Assembly: GCF_006345805.1 (NCBI RefSeq)
Contig: NC_043003.1
Coordinates: 103,106,001-103,170,000 of the forward strand
Length of the DNA stretch: 64,000 bases
Source: Octopus sinensis
Taxonomy: Eukaryota
Direction of reading: 5' to 3'
In this document: positions 13,901 to 28,089 of the stretch, piece after piece
Layout: every line of letters begins with the position of its first letter
Position numbering within the stretch: position 1 is the first letter of the stretch
Notes under the pieces: model-generated
Told to the model about the DNA's origin: nothing
Seen by the model: only the letters and a program-made list of their open reading frames with translations
The model's database searches: none
Translations under genes and position numbers: made by a program

Positions 13901-16815
13901 ATATCACAACCTCTACGGCGAATATCACAACCTCCCTTATCATCCCTGTAACCTAGCTACCACCAGCATCCACTTTCACCAATACTGCCACTATCACTAC
14001 CAGCATAACACTCACAACCACCATGGTTACGCACATCATCCCTCTTTCCACCTAAACAGCCTCTTTAGACATATCACGCAATAAATGGCGTGTATAGCTT
14101 CAAGATATCAGGTCACTGTTCACAAGTTTTATCTATGATATCAATAGTGCGTTCTGTGAAGCTAACTCATTTGCTCTTTTACTAGTCGCAGTCATGTGGT
14201 AGAACTATATTGGCTTACTCCTTCAAAGCTTTTCGAATGGCCTAAATTGGTCAGTACCTTATAAACTACAGTACTTCAACTAATTTTCTCTCTGCGATAT
14301 ATTGCACATTGTGAACTGTAGGGAGACCGTATTTCGTTATGAAACAATAATATGATACAAAGTATATAATGTTACATCGCTATATTTAGGGTCTGTTTAA
14401 GTAATGAGTTAGTAGATGGTTGAGTTGGATGAGTGCTGATGAGGGAGAAAAACTCCTGAAATATGGCATAGACATCCATTTTCGTCTTCGATCTCATTGT
14501 TGTTTACATGAGACGTTCTTGTAACGAATCAGTGCTGGCTATAATTCCTATAGAAAACCGATACCAATGACCTTAACAAATTACATTTTGTCACGAATAG
14601 ATCTCTTTGGAATTATACAGGTTTGTGTGAGTTCAATAAGAGTAATATGACAAAGCATCGAACTCTTCATTTGCACCTGAACTCAATTGTTTAACTCTGC
14701 ATTTAGCAGAGTTATGAATCGAAAATTATCCTCTATCTCTTTTTTTTTTTTTGTTCACTCCTTAATTAGCATTGGGAACCGTTTCTACCTCATACGAATA
14801 GGTCAATTTTGTTTAGTTTGTAAGTAAAAAAAACAGCTGATCTTTGATGTTTTTTCCCTTCACACAGTTGTCCAGTATTGTTGCTGTTAGCGTCTCATAC
14901 CAACATAACTCTTCTTGCTGAGTGGCCTGGCAAACTGTCGAAGTAGGCTTTAAACTCCACCGTCCGTTTCCAATGTCAACCACTCCATGCAAACAATTTC
15001 AGAAATTACCACTGTGAAAACGAATATATCTATTCCATTTCGAAAACACGATCTCACTTTGTCCCGTCAAAACTCTCTGGTGTCTTGCCGATTCATTCTG
15101 AGATATGAACTGCAGTGACTTTGGAATATCCAACCACTTGCACGATAATTCAATGAGCTCGATTGATTGAGCTGGTACTAACGAATATTTATTTACAAAT
15201 TATTGTAGCCAGAAGACCACAAACTCCATGTTTAGCGTCATACAAATAACAGTGATGGTTTCTAACCGAGATACGATCCCGCACTTAATTTTATTTATTT
15301 TTATCTTTAAACGAAGGGGTAGAGAGGATAGTGGGGGTATTGTCAATCAAATCAACCTCTGTAGATGACAGGTACTTACTTTATCGATCTCAGAAGTAAG
15401 AGAAGTAAAGTCATCAGAAGACAATTCTCTAACACTCTACCTATTCTGTTAACAAACACAAAAAATAAACGTTACAAAATATATAAAGACCACAACGACA
15501 ATAACAGCGATACGTTGAATACAATTCTACTGCCGTTCCTCAATGCATATGTCTGACGCTTCTGACGACGAATGATCGGCCAAGCTTATGAAAGAAAAGG
15601 AAACAAAAAGAAGAACAAAACAAAAACATAGCTAACTTGTTGAACATTTAATAATGGACCATACACTAGCGGATATAGGGGCTGAAGTAAGATGGAGGTG
15701 TTTTCAATTATCTTCATAGAAAATGTAGTCCTATTGTGATGATGATTGCTTCTAACCTGCAGCTGATTGGAGAATCATATTGATGACTGAGTGGGAAGAA
15801 AGAAGCAAAAAAGAAATGACAGACTGTGCGAAGGAGGAGGGAAGATGTGGGCAGGAAAAAAACAAAATAAGATGAGAAGGATGTGTACTAAAGAGTAAGT
15901 ACTTAACACATATAATAAGCATATATATATGTGTGTGTGTGTATGTATGTGTGTGTGTATATGTATGTATATGCATGTATATGTATGTATGTCTTCATAT
16001 AATGTTTATATTCGTATATATACATGTATATGTATATTTATATATGTACTTATGTATGTATATATATATATACCTATATATATATACATATATAATACAT
16101 TATACCTATATATATAATACATATATACCTATATATACCTAGATATACCTAGATACATATATATATATACATACATACATATGTACATATATACATACAT
16201 GCACACACACACACACACACATACATACATACATACATACATACATACATACATACATACATACATACATACATACATACAAGGGAGTGGACAAACGAAA
16301 GATATAGCACCCAAGCGACTGGTTGAGTTGGAATTATATGTATTAAATAGCAGTTTGAGTCAACTCCACATTTCTTAAAGATTCTTCGGCATAGAATACG
16401 ACCACATCATCTGAGGCAAAGTAGAGAGATGTTAAAAGAAATTCAGGCTCACACACACACACATAGGCACGCACAAACATACACATACACAGGCAGACAC
16501 GCATACACACACATGTATATACCTATGTGTATACATTAATATAGACTTGTGTACTCAAGGATACGCATACACACACATACTTAAGCCAAACGAATGCGAG
16601 TTATAAAAAATAATACAAATCAGTTATTTGTACTTTTACGTTGCATTTCAAAAATTCGGGTTGGGAGACCTGTCGTAGAAAAACTTCAGAGATATGGCGT
16701 TGATATATATAGATCGTTAGACACTACACACATTTTTTTCTCTCCTTGTTTATCTCCTCATCTTTTTCTCTCCTTTTTTTCTCTCCTTGTTTCTCTCCTT
16801 GTTTTTTCTGTGTCC

Positions 16816-16851
16816 CTTTCTGTGGAAGAGCGTAGGCTCGAAACGTAAAAG
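16816..16851 (+). ncRNA. Minimal hammerhead-like motif with A6U core substitution
   Basis: cttt-CTGTGGA-A-GAGC gtag GCTC-GAAA-CGTA-aaag: stem I CTTT/AAAG, stem II GAGC/GCTC, palindromic ACGT stem III, GUA triplet. Confidence 0.6.
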
Positions 16852-16973
16852 ACGTTTTCTATTCCTGAGCGTTATACTAATACATCTGTTTGTTTTGCAC
16901 ACCACCGTCTTCGTCTTTTGTTTTTTTCGTAAACTCTCCCTGTATATATATATATAATATATATATATATTAT

Positions 16974-17006
<33 letters not shown>

Positions 17007-17135
17007 TAAATTTGTTTACAGGAAACGTTTTGAATATTCAAATAAAACTCCAATTTGGCCACAGTCTAATGATGCTCACTTGGGAACCAGTTCTTTGCGG
17101 TTGCATCGAGTTGTAATGATATAATATGGGGTGAA

Positions 17136-17548
17136 TATAGTAATTATAACAATAATCCTTACATGAAATTTATAAACATTTAATGCATCGCTACGCGCGT
17201 TTCCACGGATCTCTTGAGATCACAGTCTATGTTCCTGGGATGATTACAGTGTAGTTCGTAGTATACGTGGACATCGGTTTGATCATCTTCATGGATTCAT
17301 TTCTTCAGTCGATGTAACATTGACCACTGGTCAAAAGGAATAAACATCCCTCTATTAAACATCCATAAATGTTATGTCGCTTGAAGAAATAAATCGATGA
17401 ATATGATCAACCCGATGCCCACTGATACTACGAACCACACTAATCATCCCAAGAATACAGACTGTGATCTTAAGAGATTCGTGGAAACGCGCGTAGCGAT
17501 GCATTAATCGTTTATAAATGCCATCCAAGGATTATTGTTATTATTACT

Positions 17549-17551
<3 letters not shown>
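17136..17551. repeat. Imperfect foldback element (arms 17136-17321 / 17368-17551), each arm carrying an HHR-like motif
   Basis: The arms are reverse complements, e.g. taatgcatcgctacgcgcgtttccacg vs cgtggaaacgcgcgtagcgatgcatta; HHR cores at 17186-17314 (-) and 17375-17501 (+). Confidence 0.85.
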
Positions 17552-17625
<74 letters not shown>

Positions 17626-17672
17626 GACACACATTCATATTTAAGTATGTATACGACTCCGAAAAACGACTA

Positions 17673-17750
<78 letters not shown>

Positions 17751-18206
17751 TACTCTTAATGTGTTATATATATATATAATGAACTTTTTGTAAAAGTACC
17801 TGCGATAATGGTTCTATTTCCTTACCGAAACTACTTGGTAATAATTATTAATTTTTGAAATTAATAATTATTTACCCTTATATTATTAATTATATATATA
17901 TATATTACAAATAAGAATATGGAGAAACAATTTAGTTTGTTCATCAACTTTCGGATATTAGAATGTTGAACTTTATAAGTGCATCCTGTTTCATGTATTA
18001 ATATTTTTAAAGTTCTTTATAATCTCTGACGATGCCTCTGGTTACATATTTTTTGTCACCTCTTTTTCTTATTACAGCTCTGTGCTCGTCTAACATTTCG
18101 TTAGACATGTATAGAGCTGATAGTGATGTAGTCGTAGGTGTCAGTGTTGGTGACTCTGCCTTTTAACGCGTTGCTACGCCGCTGCCTCCACCATTGCCAT
18201 TGTTGT

Positions 18207-19306
18207 CGCGGCTATCATTCTGGTTGTGAGAGCTTGACACCAAAGCCTCATATACGATCCCTTCAACCTCGCATCCTCGCCTCCCAGACAGACCCTTAAG
18301 TTGTGTCTATTGAACAAATGCCTGTACCTGTGTGTCTGCGTGAAGCGTTTGTCTACTAACCTTAGGAGTATCCTTACCACACAAGTTTTAACGTTGAGGG
18401 TGAAGAGTGGAGTAAGGCAATCGACCTTCCAGTGGTGACTCCTTTTGCGGGTACTAGGGCCCGGCAAATAGGAGATGCCTTCCTTAAACTCATTGACTCC
18501 AGTGTTCGGTGTAATGGGGAGCCACGGCGTGGAAAAAGTTTTTGATACGAAGACAGTTTCGAGATCTGGTTGCTGAGACCCCTCACTGAATTCCTAACCG
18601 ATAGGTGGTGGCAGGAAGCTGTGTGTGATGTAGGGCAGCTTCTCGTTTGGGTTGCGATAGGGCTCTCCAGTTTGAAGAGTGGTTATATGTTTGCGGTCGT
18701 CTATAAGGCTAACTGCTTTATGGATGCAAAGCTATTAATCACTCACTCTAATACCAGCCATATAATTGAGAGTGAGTGATTAATAGCTTGCATCCATAAA
18801 GCAGTTAGCCTTATAGACGACCGCAAACATATAACCACTCTTCAAACTGGAGCCCTATCGCAACCCAAACGAGAAGCTGCCCTACATCAACACAGCTTCC
18901 TGCCACCCACCTATCGTGTTCAGGAATTCAGTGAAGGGTCTCAGCAACCAGATCTCGAAACTGTCTTCGTATCAAAAACTTTTCGACGCCGTGGCTCCCT
19001 ATTACACCGAAGCACTGGAGCCAATGAGTTTAAGGAAGGCATCTCCTATTTGCCGGGCCCTAGTACCCGCAAAAGGAGTCACCACTGGAAGGTCGATTGC
19101 CTTACTCCACTCTTCACCCTCAACGTTAAAACTTGTGTGGTAAGGATACTCCTAAGGTTAGTAGACAAACGCTTCACGCAGACACACAGGTACAGGCATT
19201 TGTTCAATAGACACAACTTAGGGTCTGTCTGGGAGGCGAGGATGCGAGGTGAATGGATCGTATATGAGGCTTGGTGTCAAGCTCTTACAACCGAATGATA
19301 GCCGCG
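18207..19306. mobile_element. ~1.1-kb hairpin made of a Naiad-like PLE fragment (arms ~545 bp, loop ~18753-18764)
   Basis: Arm translation PYRNPNEKLPYIN.ASCHPP...ISKLSS...APYYTEAL...RKR...NVKTCVVRILLRLVDKRF...HLFNRHN and VEGIVYEALV fit the RT thumb/linker and GIY start of Naiad-type PLEs; the arms are near-identical reverse complements. Confidence 0.75.
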
Positions 19307-20471
19307 TGCTTGCCCGTGGCTAAAAGTTGTTTTGACTCTTATTTCATGCAATGCTAGTGCTGATTTGCGCCCTTAGTCACACTTTAGGGACGTTTGTACT
19401 CATGCCTTTTTGGTTTTGAATTGCGGATAGCCACCTTAACAGTTCATGTATATATATATATATATATATATATAAAACCAATGGCTAGCACTCGTATCAC
19501 CACCTTTAAACAGAATGCTTCCGTACTAAACAGTCTTTCGCCCCACTCACCTCTACCCTGTGACCGTTTAACCGAAACCCTGCCACATTTTAATTTTAAA
19601 TTTTAGTCATGTGATCTTTTGAAGAATAAATAATTTGTCTCATAGAGACTAGCTATTAATCCTTTAAAATTTTATTTTGACATAGTTGTGATATCTGTTC
19701 ATCACTTCATTTCTATGTTAAACGTTGCTTAACACACCTTCGAATGTATTTAACAAAACTTAATCCAAAAATTAACTCATATTAATCCATTAGCCATTTT
19801 ACGTCATGGTATTTGAAAGATAACGTATCTAGTCTTAATGATACAATATCTTTTTGTTTTCTTCCTAATAGTTGAAAATAATTGCTGCAGAATTCCCACT
19901 TCTCAAATATTCTTATATTTACTCCCCATCTGCTACATCTTTTTTTTTTTTTTTGTATTTTTGTAACCACAATTTAACATCCTGAATAGAGTTGGTTACA
20001 TTATTTAACGTATTTCCATAACTATGAGCTCCCATAACTTCTTTATAGACTGTTCTAACACACAGTGGAACCATAGCTTACGTTAGCCATTGAAGAAATT
20101 ATTCAATGAATAAATTATTTAATGCTTCTTATGGAATGCCAAATTACCACATACTTCTCTTTTCCGGTATCAAGGAACCGCTTACTATTTACATATATTA
20201 ATAACTTGCTGATTTCATATTAACTAGAAAACAACATTTACCATCAAGCTGCTTACTTTAATACCATATTTCAATTAGATAACATGTTTCAAGGTCTTAT
20301 GCCTTTATGACTTTCTTCCACGGTTCTCGACATATTTTCTGGAAATATATGCTGTCTGATCGATATTCCAAGATGCATCTAAGGAATATATTAAGGCCTA
20401 ATGATAATTATAGCTTCCACATTGGCACAAGACCAGATATTTATTGAGAAAATAGTTATTATCGACTGAAG

Positions 20472-20522
20472 TTACACTACTTCGTTAGTGGTACGTATTC
20501 GACCGACCTTCGTCAGGTGTAA
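20472..20522 (-). ncRNA. Decayed hammerhead motif lacking G12-A13-A14
   Basis: Sense reads TTACAC-CTGACGA-A-GGT cggtcgaatacgt ACC-[GAA missing]-ACT aacga AGT-A-GTGTAA: 6-bp stem I, stem II, stem III and the GUA triplet all fit except for a 3-nt gap. Confidence 0.45.
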
Positions 20523-20577
20523 AGTGAGACGAATCCTAACGCAAAAGTACATAGTTGCCTCAAGACCTTTATGTTGA

Positions 20578-20591
20578 TAATAATGATGACA

Positions 20592-20653
<62 letters not shown>

Positions 20654-20663
20654 ATGGTGGTGG

Positions 20664-20714
<51 letters not shown>

Positions 20715-20740
20715 CAATGATGATGATGAGGATGATGATT
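20578..20740. repeat. (GAT)n microsatellite
   Basis: Direct reading. Confidence 0.95.
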
Positions 20741-20849
20741 TCATTTATTTACGACAAGAGTGGAGGATGAGGAGGGACAATACAAAGACAGACATAAAGT
20801 GTGGTTGTATGTCCTGATGTAGTACGAGGCAGTGGCTCTCATGTCTTAT

Positions 20850-21304
20850 CACATACATTGTTTTGTCTTGGTATAAAAGATGGGTTACAACAAATATTCT
20901 ACTCAATACCACAGATTTGCTTGTCAGTTGTTTGACCTTAACGAGTTGAGCATGTTCTGTGGTAGCTGACGATATGTGTATTGGGGGAGCATCATAGTCA
21001 TGTTTTGAGAGGGATTTGGTGGGGGTTTGAATAATTCACCTCTAGAAACACGGGCATTTCATTCATCATCCTTATTCAGGGGCCTTCTGAGTGACATGGG
21101 CTGCTCCACCTGAAGAAAATTCTAACTGAGCTCCAACAGCAAGTTCATGTACTGTTTATCTTGATATGAGATCACCATGTCGCATACATATTGTTGTGAT
21201 ACAAGTGCCTAGTGTACCCTTATCAAATAAATAGTCATGATGGGTATAGTGGGCTTCGTATATTTCTACCCCAGTATCACTTAGATGGCATGCACTGCAC
21301 TCCC

Positions 21305-21357
<53 letters not shown>
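20850..21357 (+). mobile_element. Non-LTR retroposon 3' end with (AAT)n tail
   Basis: Ends gtatcacttagatggcatgcactgcactccc(aat)n; a homologous copy lies on - at 38248-38540. Confidence 0.65.
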
Positions 21358-21359
<2 letters not shown>

Positions 21360-21800
21360 CTCCTTGTCAGTGTCAATACTTGTCAGGAAAAGAAATGGAG
21401 AACTTAAGAATGAATGGAAATTCGAAAAAGTTAGGAAGAAGTATGGAGTAGATACAAAAGGCCTGAATGTTGTAATTGAAGAACTGAAGCAGTGAATACA
21501 TGCAAAATAAACAAAGCTGACCAGGTTGGAACAACGGATTAAGCAATACCAGTAAAACAAATTGTTTAGAACCGACCAAAAATGATTTTATCAAGAGATT
21601 AATGACGACAAAAACGTGAAAGATTAGTCCCTGATGCTGATGAAAGTCGACTTTTGGGGGATAAGATATGGAGTAAGCAAGAAGCACATAATACAGCAGC
21701 TGAATGACTCTGCATCCTGAAGCTTACAGCTTCTTATCCCCAGAAAGAGGCTATCCACTTCACAGAAGACAGTATCAGAAGTATGAGTAAAAAGAGAAGC
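21358..21800 (+). mobile_element. R4/Dong-like non-LTR retrotransposon fragment (degenerate)
   Basis: Broken translation KGLNVVIEELKQ...RLEQRIKQYQ.NKLFRTDQK.FYQEIN...PDADES..W..IWS resembles the pre-RT region of R4-clade elements; it abuts an (AAT)n tract, the known Dong target. Confidence 0.6.
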
Positions 21801-22032
21801 AACTGGAAAGCAGCAGTACTTTATTGGTATTAAATTTTATCGATGCCAGGTAAAATTGGCTTCGGCAGTATTTCAGCTCAGAAAGTAAAGGGTTGGAAGA
21901 AATGTTGCTAAGCTTTTTGTCCAACACACTAAGGGTTCTGCTAGCTCACCGCCTTTAGAACGCGAAATAATTATACAAATTATACATAGATTATAGTTTG
22001 TATAATTTAATGTACAAATTATAATAGATCTG

Positions 22033-22270
22033 TAAACTAAATATATAGTGTGAAGGCGTGTGGCTCAGTGGTTAGGGTATTCGGTTCACGATCGTAAGGT
22101 CATGAGTTCAATTCCCGGCGACGCCTTTTGTCCTTGAGCAAGATACTTTATTTCACATTACTCCAGTACACTCAGCTGGCAAAAATGAGTAGTACCTGCA
22201 TTTCAAAAGGCCAGCCTTGTTACAATCTGTGTCGTGCTGAATCACGCTGTGAACTGCGTTAAGAGTACAG
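22033..22270 (+). mobile_element. tRNA-derived SINE family C (other copies at 27098-27400 +, 27430-27735 -, 54232-54541 +, 54668-54950 +)
   Basis: Head GGCGTGTGGCTCAGTGGTTAGGG...GAGTTCAATTCCCGG and shared central block gtccttgagcaagacactttatttcacgttgctccagt. Confidence 0.8.
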
Positions 22271-22935
22271 GTGACCCGCAATCGCTCTCCAGCGAAGACC
22301 ACCTAAAGTTAAAAAAACAAAATATACCACTACAAACTATAAAAAAGTTCATATGCAAACCACATCCACAGATCGCCTACACAATTAAATAAAGATGACA
22401 AAAAGGACAAACTGTATGAATACCAGGAGCATAGTTGTTACGGAAGCAAGTTTGACCTCCTGCAGACGCTGATCTTACATGGAAAGGCCATCTCGAAATA
22501 ACCAGACACATCTGTACAACACTTACAACTACAACTCTCACGATAAAAATAACACCAACAATAGCAACACTCGCAAAAACAGCAACATCAATAATCCTCA
22601 CCGCAAAGAAACTAGTTTCTCGATTACAAAAATAAGAGTGAAAATGTAAGAAGACAAATAACATTGTTTCCTTCAAATTTTGGAACCACAGTGTATATAT
22701 GTGTGTGTATGTATATGCATCTCTCTCTCTATATATATACATATATATATATATCACGTGACCGACCAGACGATCAGATGTTACTACACATCACTGGTCA
22801 CAATGCGTTTTTTTTTGTTTTGGCCTTCGAATGACGCCACCCCGCTGGCTAAGCGAGCAGGCCAATATATATATGTATAATATATATATATATATATATT
22901 ATATATGTATATATAAATACAGAGAAGAGAGAGAA

Positions 22936-22974
<39 letters not shown>

Positions 22975-23519
22975 TACATTACACACACACACACACACCA
23001 CACACACACATACAAACATACAAACAAACCCATATATACATACATATTTATGTATGTATATATATCTTTATACACATAATGATGCATATATGTGTGTCTG
23101 TTCCTGAAACAGAGGCAGCATTCAAAGAGAGAGAGAGAGGGGGGAAGGACAGAGAGAGATGTAGAAAGGGCAGGACTAAATACTAAATGTCTGCAAGACT
23201 TTCCAGACAATCAACAAAAGTTTTCTCTCACAATGGAATTTCTTTGGAATAGTAAATCAGCATGAAGTGAAGTCCAACAAAAGACATGAACTCTTCGCAC
23301 ACGCACACACACACACATATAAGCACATATAAGCTCATAGAAAGCACACTACTAGACATGAACACCCCATACGCATACTCACACACATCTCACACATTCC
23401 CATTTGCACAACCATACATACCAATGTATAGACACATTCGCCGTTAACACAGCGTCAGACTCACGAAAATACACACAAATACTACTCACACAGCACGCAG
23501 ATAAATCTGTACATGTATG

Positions 23520-24409
<890 letters not shown>

Positions 24410-25001
24410 ACCAGCAGCAACAATAAAAGTAACTTCTATATTTTTGCTACACATTACAAAAATTGTGTAGATTTACTGAATCGAGTATGTTAAAAACAGC
24501 TACGAAAAACAACAACATAAACACAAAAGGAAGGAAAACGCATCGCACTATGGCGACAACACCGTAGCTGACATTTAGCTCGAATGCAATGTATTTTCAC
24601 CTGACTAAGTCCCCAGCCTTTTTGATGCATACTAATTGGAGGTGCAATATTTTGTGTTATATCAGTGCTTCACCGAATTTCCGGCACCATTAATTCTAAT
24701 GATTTATTAGATTTACCGTTTTGCCGAACCAGAAGCAGTCTTTTCCCTCAAAATGAACGTTATAAAATGCTGGAAACTTAAATTAGATCAATTTATTAAT
24801 TCATTTAAGTAATTAAATGAAATATAAGATAGTTGTACATGAGCATAAATGACAGACGTTTATTAACACAAAGTACTATACTGTGAAATGCAGTGTATTG
24901 TACTAGGCACTTTACTATGCAAAATATTCAAATGTATAAGGTACTTACTGTAAAAAGCTCAATACTGTACAAGGTACTGTACTGTGCAAGGTATATATAT
25001 A

Positions 25002-25045
<44 letters not shown>

Positions 25046-25199
25046 ATAATATCAGGGAGGGTAATAATGATTTTAGAAATATTTACTACCAGTAGCCTAG
25101 CATATAAAAAATTAGTCATAGACTATATATTATTCATATTATATGAATATATAATATATATATATTATTATATATTATTCATACTATATATTATTCATA

Positions 25200-25805
25200 C
25201 AGTGTACATTTAAACACATTAAGAGGCTTCCATCATAGGAATCCTTTACGCTAGAAAGAACAGTTAAAGTTCAAACCACTAATTAGGGATAAATTCTCGA
25301 AGGGAATGAAAAATAGGCAATCATATTCGTAAATATATGTATGCGCAAAATTTTGTACTTTATACCAATGTAAGTACACGCACCGGCTGCATTTCACTTC
25401 AGTTTTAAGAATTATCGAGTAAAGTAATTCATTGATTGGCTTGTCATATTTTTTAATACACCCCGTAACCTTATGGATGATGTTGCTCGCGACGAATGCG
25501 CAGTGCCAAGTGGGCCACTTTTGGTAAGCAGAATTGCGCTATTACACATATGTGTTGTTATATATAATATATGCGTTATTGACTCTCCCGTCTAACGACT
25601 TATGAGGGTTCGTCGATTTCTTACCGAGCAACGACAAAGAAGATTCGTTTATAGTGATCAAATTGCCTATTTAAAGTGATCAAATTGCCTATTTTTCATT
25701 CCCTTCGAGAATTTATCCCTAATTAGTGGTTTGAACTTTAACTGTTCTTTCTAGCGTAAAGGATTCCTATGATGGAAGCCTCTTAATGTGTTTAAATGTA
25801 CACTG
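25200..25805. mobile_element. Tc1/mariner-type MITE with 122-bp perfect TIRs and TA TSD
   Basis: TA|CAGTGTACATTTAAACAC...AATAGGCAAT (25200-25321) is mirrored at 25684-25805|TA; no coding capacity. Confidence 0.85.
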
Positions 25806-26067
25806 TATGAATAATATATAGTATGAATAATCTCACTCCCTCCAACAAATCAATGTTGCCTTTGCAGATATGGAAAGGATAGCAGAACAACTTGAAATGG
25901 AATGCCATGTTCAAGAACACCATGCACAGCCCAGTCTGGGAATCGAAATCACGACCATCTCTTTTGATTCTGTTTTATCTAGGATATAAGTGTGTTTATG
26001 TATATACTCACACACACAAACATATGCATGTAGATAGATAGATAGATAGATATAGATATGTATGTAT

Positions 26068-26223
<156 letters not shown>

Positions 26224-26856
26224 TGTATATACTGTATATACCCATATATTCGTTGTTATGTGTGTTGCGTGTATTGCTATGTCTACAACTCTCCACAAAC
26301 TAAAATTTTCTTCCGCAATCAACTTACAGATGCAACTTACAATACACACACACACATGCACACACACACACCACGCACGCACGCGCACACAAAACCCGCA
26401 TGCATGTCCTTGACATTTTAAGGCTCACCGTAAGAAAAGCTCGTTCTCCTCTACACAGAGAGAACAAAGCAGTTTAGCTTTCAGCATTTCTTGAGCTTAA
26501 ATCAAGCAGGGACGCCTCAAAGATTGGTTTCTTTATCAAACGACGTCCTTCAATCGCTTTTATCTGACTGGAATTAACGCCTCCATCACATTGTTCGGTT
26601 GGTCTTCTCAATGATTGCTTCAATCAATTGCAGGAACATTAACTATGGTGTCTTGAGAATATTCTATCACCACATCCGTCTCTATCTTCTTCTCAGTTCA
26701 AATAATCAAACTCATCAACACCCACACACACAGCCCCAAACACGGCCACCTACACACATTTGTACGTGTGTGAGTGTCTACTTATATAAATGCGCATGCG
26801 TGTATATAAATGCATCTATTAATACGCATGCAAACAAAAAACATACATGCACAAGC

Positions 26857-26901
<45 letters not shown>

Positions 26902-27044
26902 CAGACAGACGGACGGACGGACGGACGGACGGACGGACAGACAGACGGACGGACGGACGGACGGACGGACGACGGACGGACGGACGGACGGACAGACAGA
27001 CAGACAAACAGACAGCAGACAGACAGACAGACAGACAGACAGAT

Positions 27045-27098
<54 letters not shown>
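26857..27098. repeat. Compound GATA/GACA/GACG/GAAA tetranucleotide microsatellite
   Basis: Direct reading. Confidence 0.95.
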
Positions 27099-27099
<1 letters not shown>

Positions 27100-27733
27100 G
27101 GAATAGAGCGTCAGTGGTTAGAGCGTCGAGCTTATGATCATGAGGTTGTGAGTTCAAATCAAGGACCGGGCTGCGTATTGTGTTCTTGAGCAAGACACTT
27201 TATTTCACGTTGCTCCAGTTCACTCAGCTGTAGAAATGAGTTGCGACGTCACAGGTGCCAAGCTGTATCGGCTCCTTTGCCTTTCCCTTGGATAATACTG
27301 GTGAAGTGGAGGGGAGAAGCCAGTATGCATGGGCGACTGCTGGTCTTCCATAAACAACTTTGCAATCCATGGTCAGTCATGACCGAAGGGGGTCTCAGCA
27401 TATATATATATATATATATATATATGGAACACTCTGTCGGTTACGACGACGATGGTCCCAGCTGGTACGATCAACGGAACAGCTTGATCGTGAAATTAAC
27501 GTGCAAGTGGCTGAGCAATCCTCAGACACGTGGACCCTTAACGTAGTTCTCGGAGAGATTCAGCGTAACACAGAGTGCGACAAGGCTGACCCTTTGAAAT
27601 ATAGGTACTACTGAGTGAACTAGAGCCACGTGAAATAAAGTGTCTTGCTCAAGGACACAACGCGTCGCTTGGAATTGAACTCAAGACCTTACGATCGTGA
27701 GTCGATTGCCCAAACCACTAAGCCACACGCCTT

Positions 27734-27766
<33 letters not shown>

Positions 27767-28089
27767 TAGTTCTAAAATCTCTCTAAGAGATCAACGCAGT
27801 AGTTGTACTGACAAGTAATATTCATAGCCACTTTAATATGGCTGTCCGTTAGAGCGGACTCTACTGTGATTTTTTAACCCCAAGAGGACGTCTCTAGATA
27901 GTTAACGATGCACAGCTGCATCGAATAAAATTGCAAGCGGGGAGGGAACTCCTGCCACCTCCTAGCGACTGGACCAGTAAACCAGTCTGGTCTCGGGCTA
28001 TTTCTGTCACTACTCAGTACTGGAATTTGTTTTTATTACGATAACTATTATCATACATAGAGGGGATAAAACAGGACAATACAAACAAT

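Noticed and set aside
14427-14480. CTGATGA-GGGAG aaaaa CTCCT-GAAA hammerhead-like core
   Set aside because: Stem II is good, but no NUH with a paired stem I adjacent to the core can be drawn; treated as chance or too decayed.
14185-14942. Chain of short exon-like segments with AG/GT boundaries
   Set aside because: It needs a 47-nt intron and weak donors, the phases are ambiguous, and the peptide is unrecognisable.
26419-26440. Minus-strand micro-exon candidate with strong acceptor and GTGAGC donor (also about 22479-22511)
   Set aside because: Too short to support without transcripts; such matches are expected by chance.
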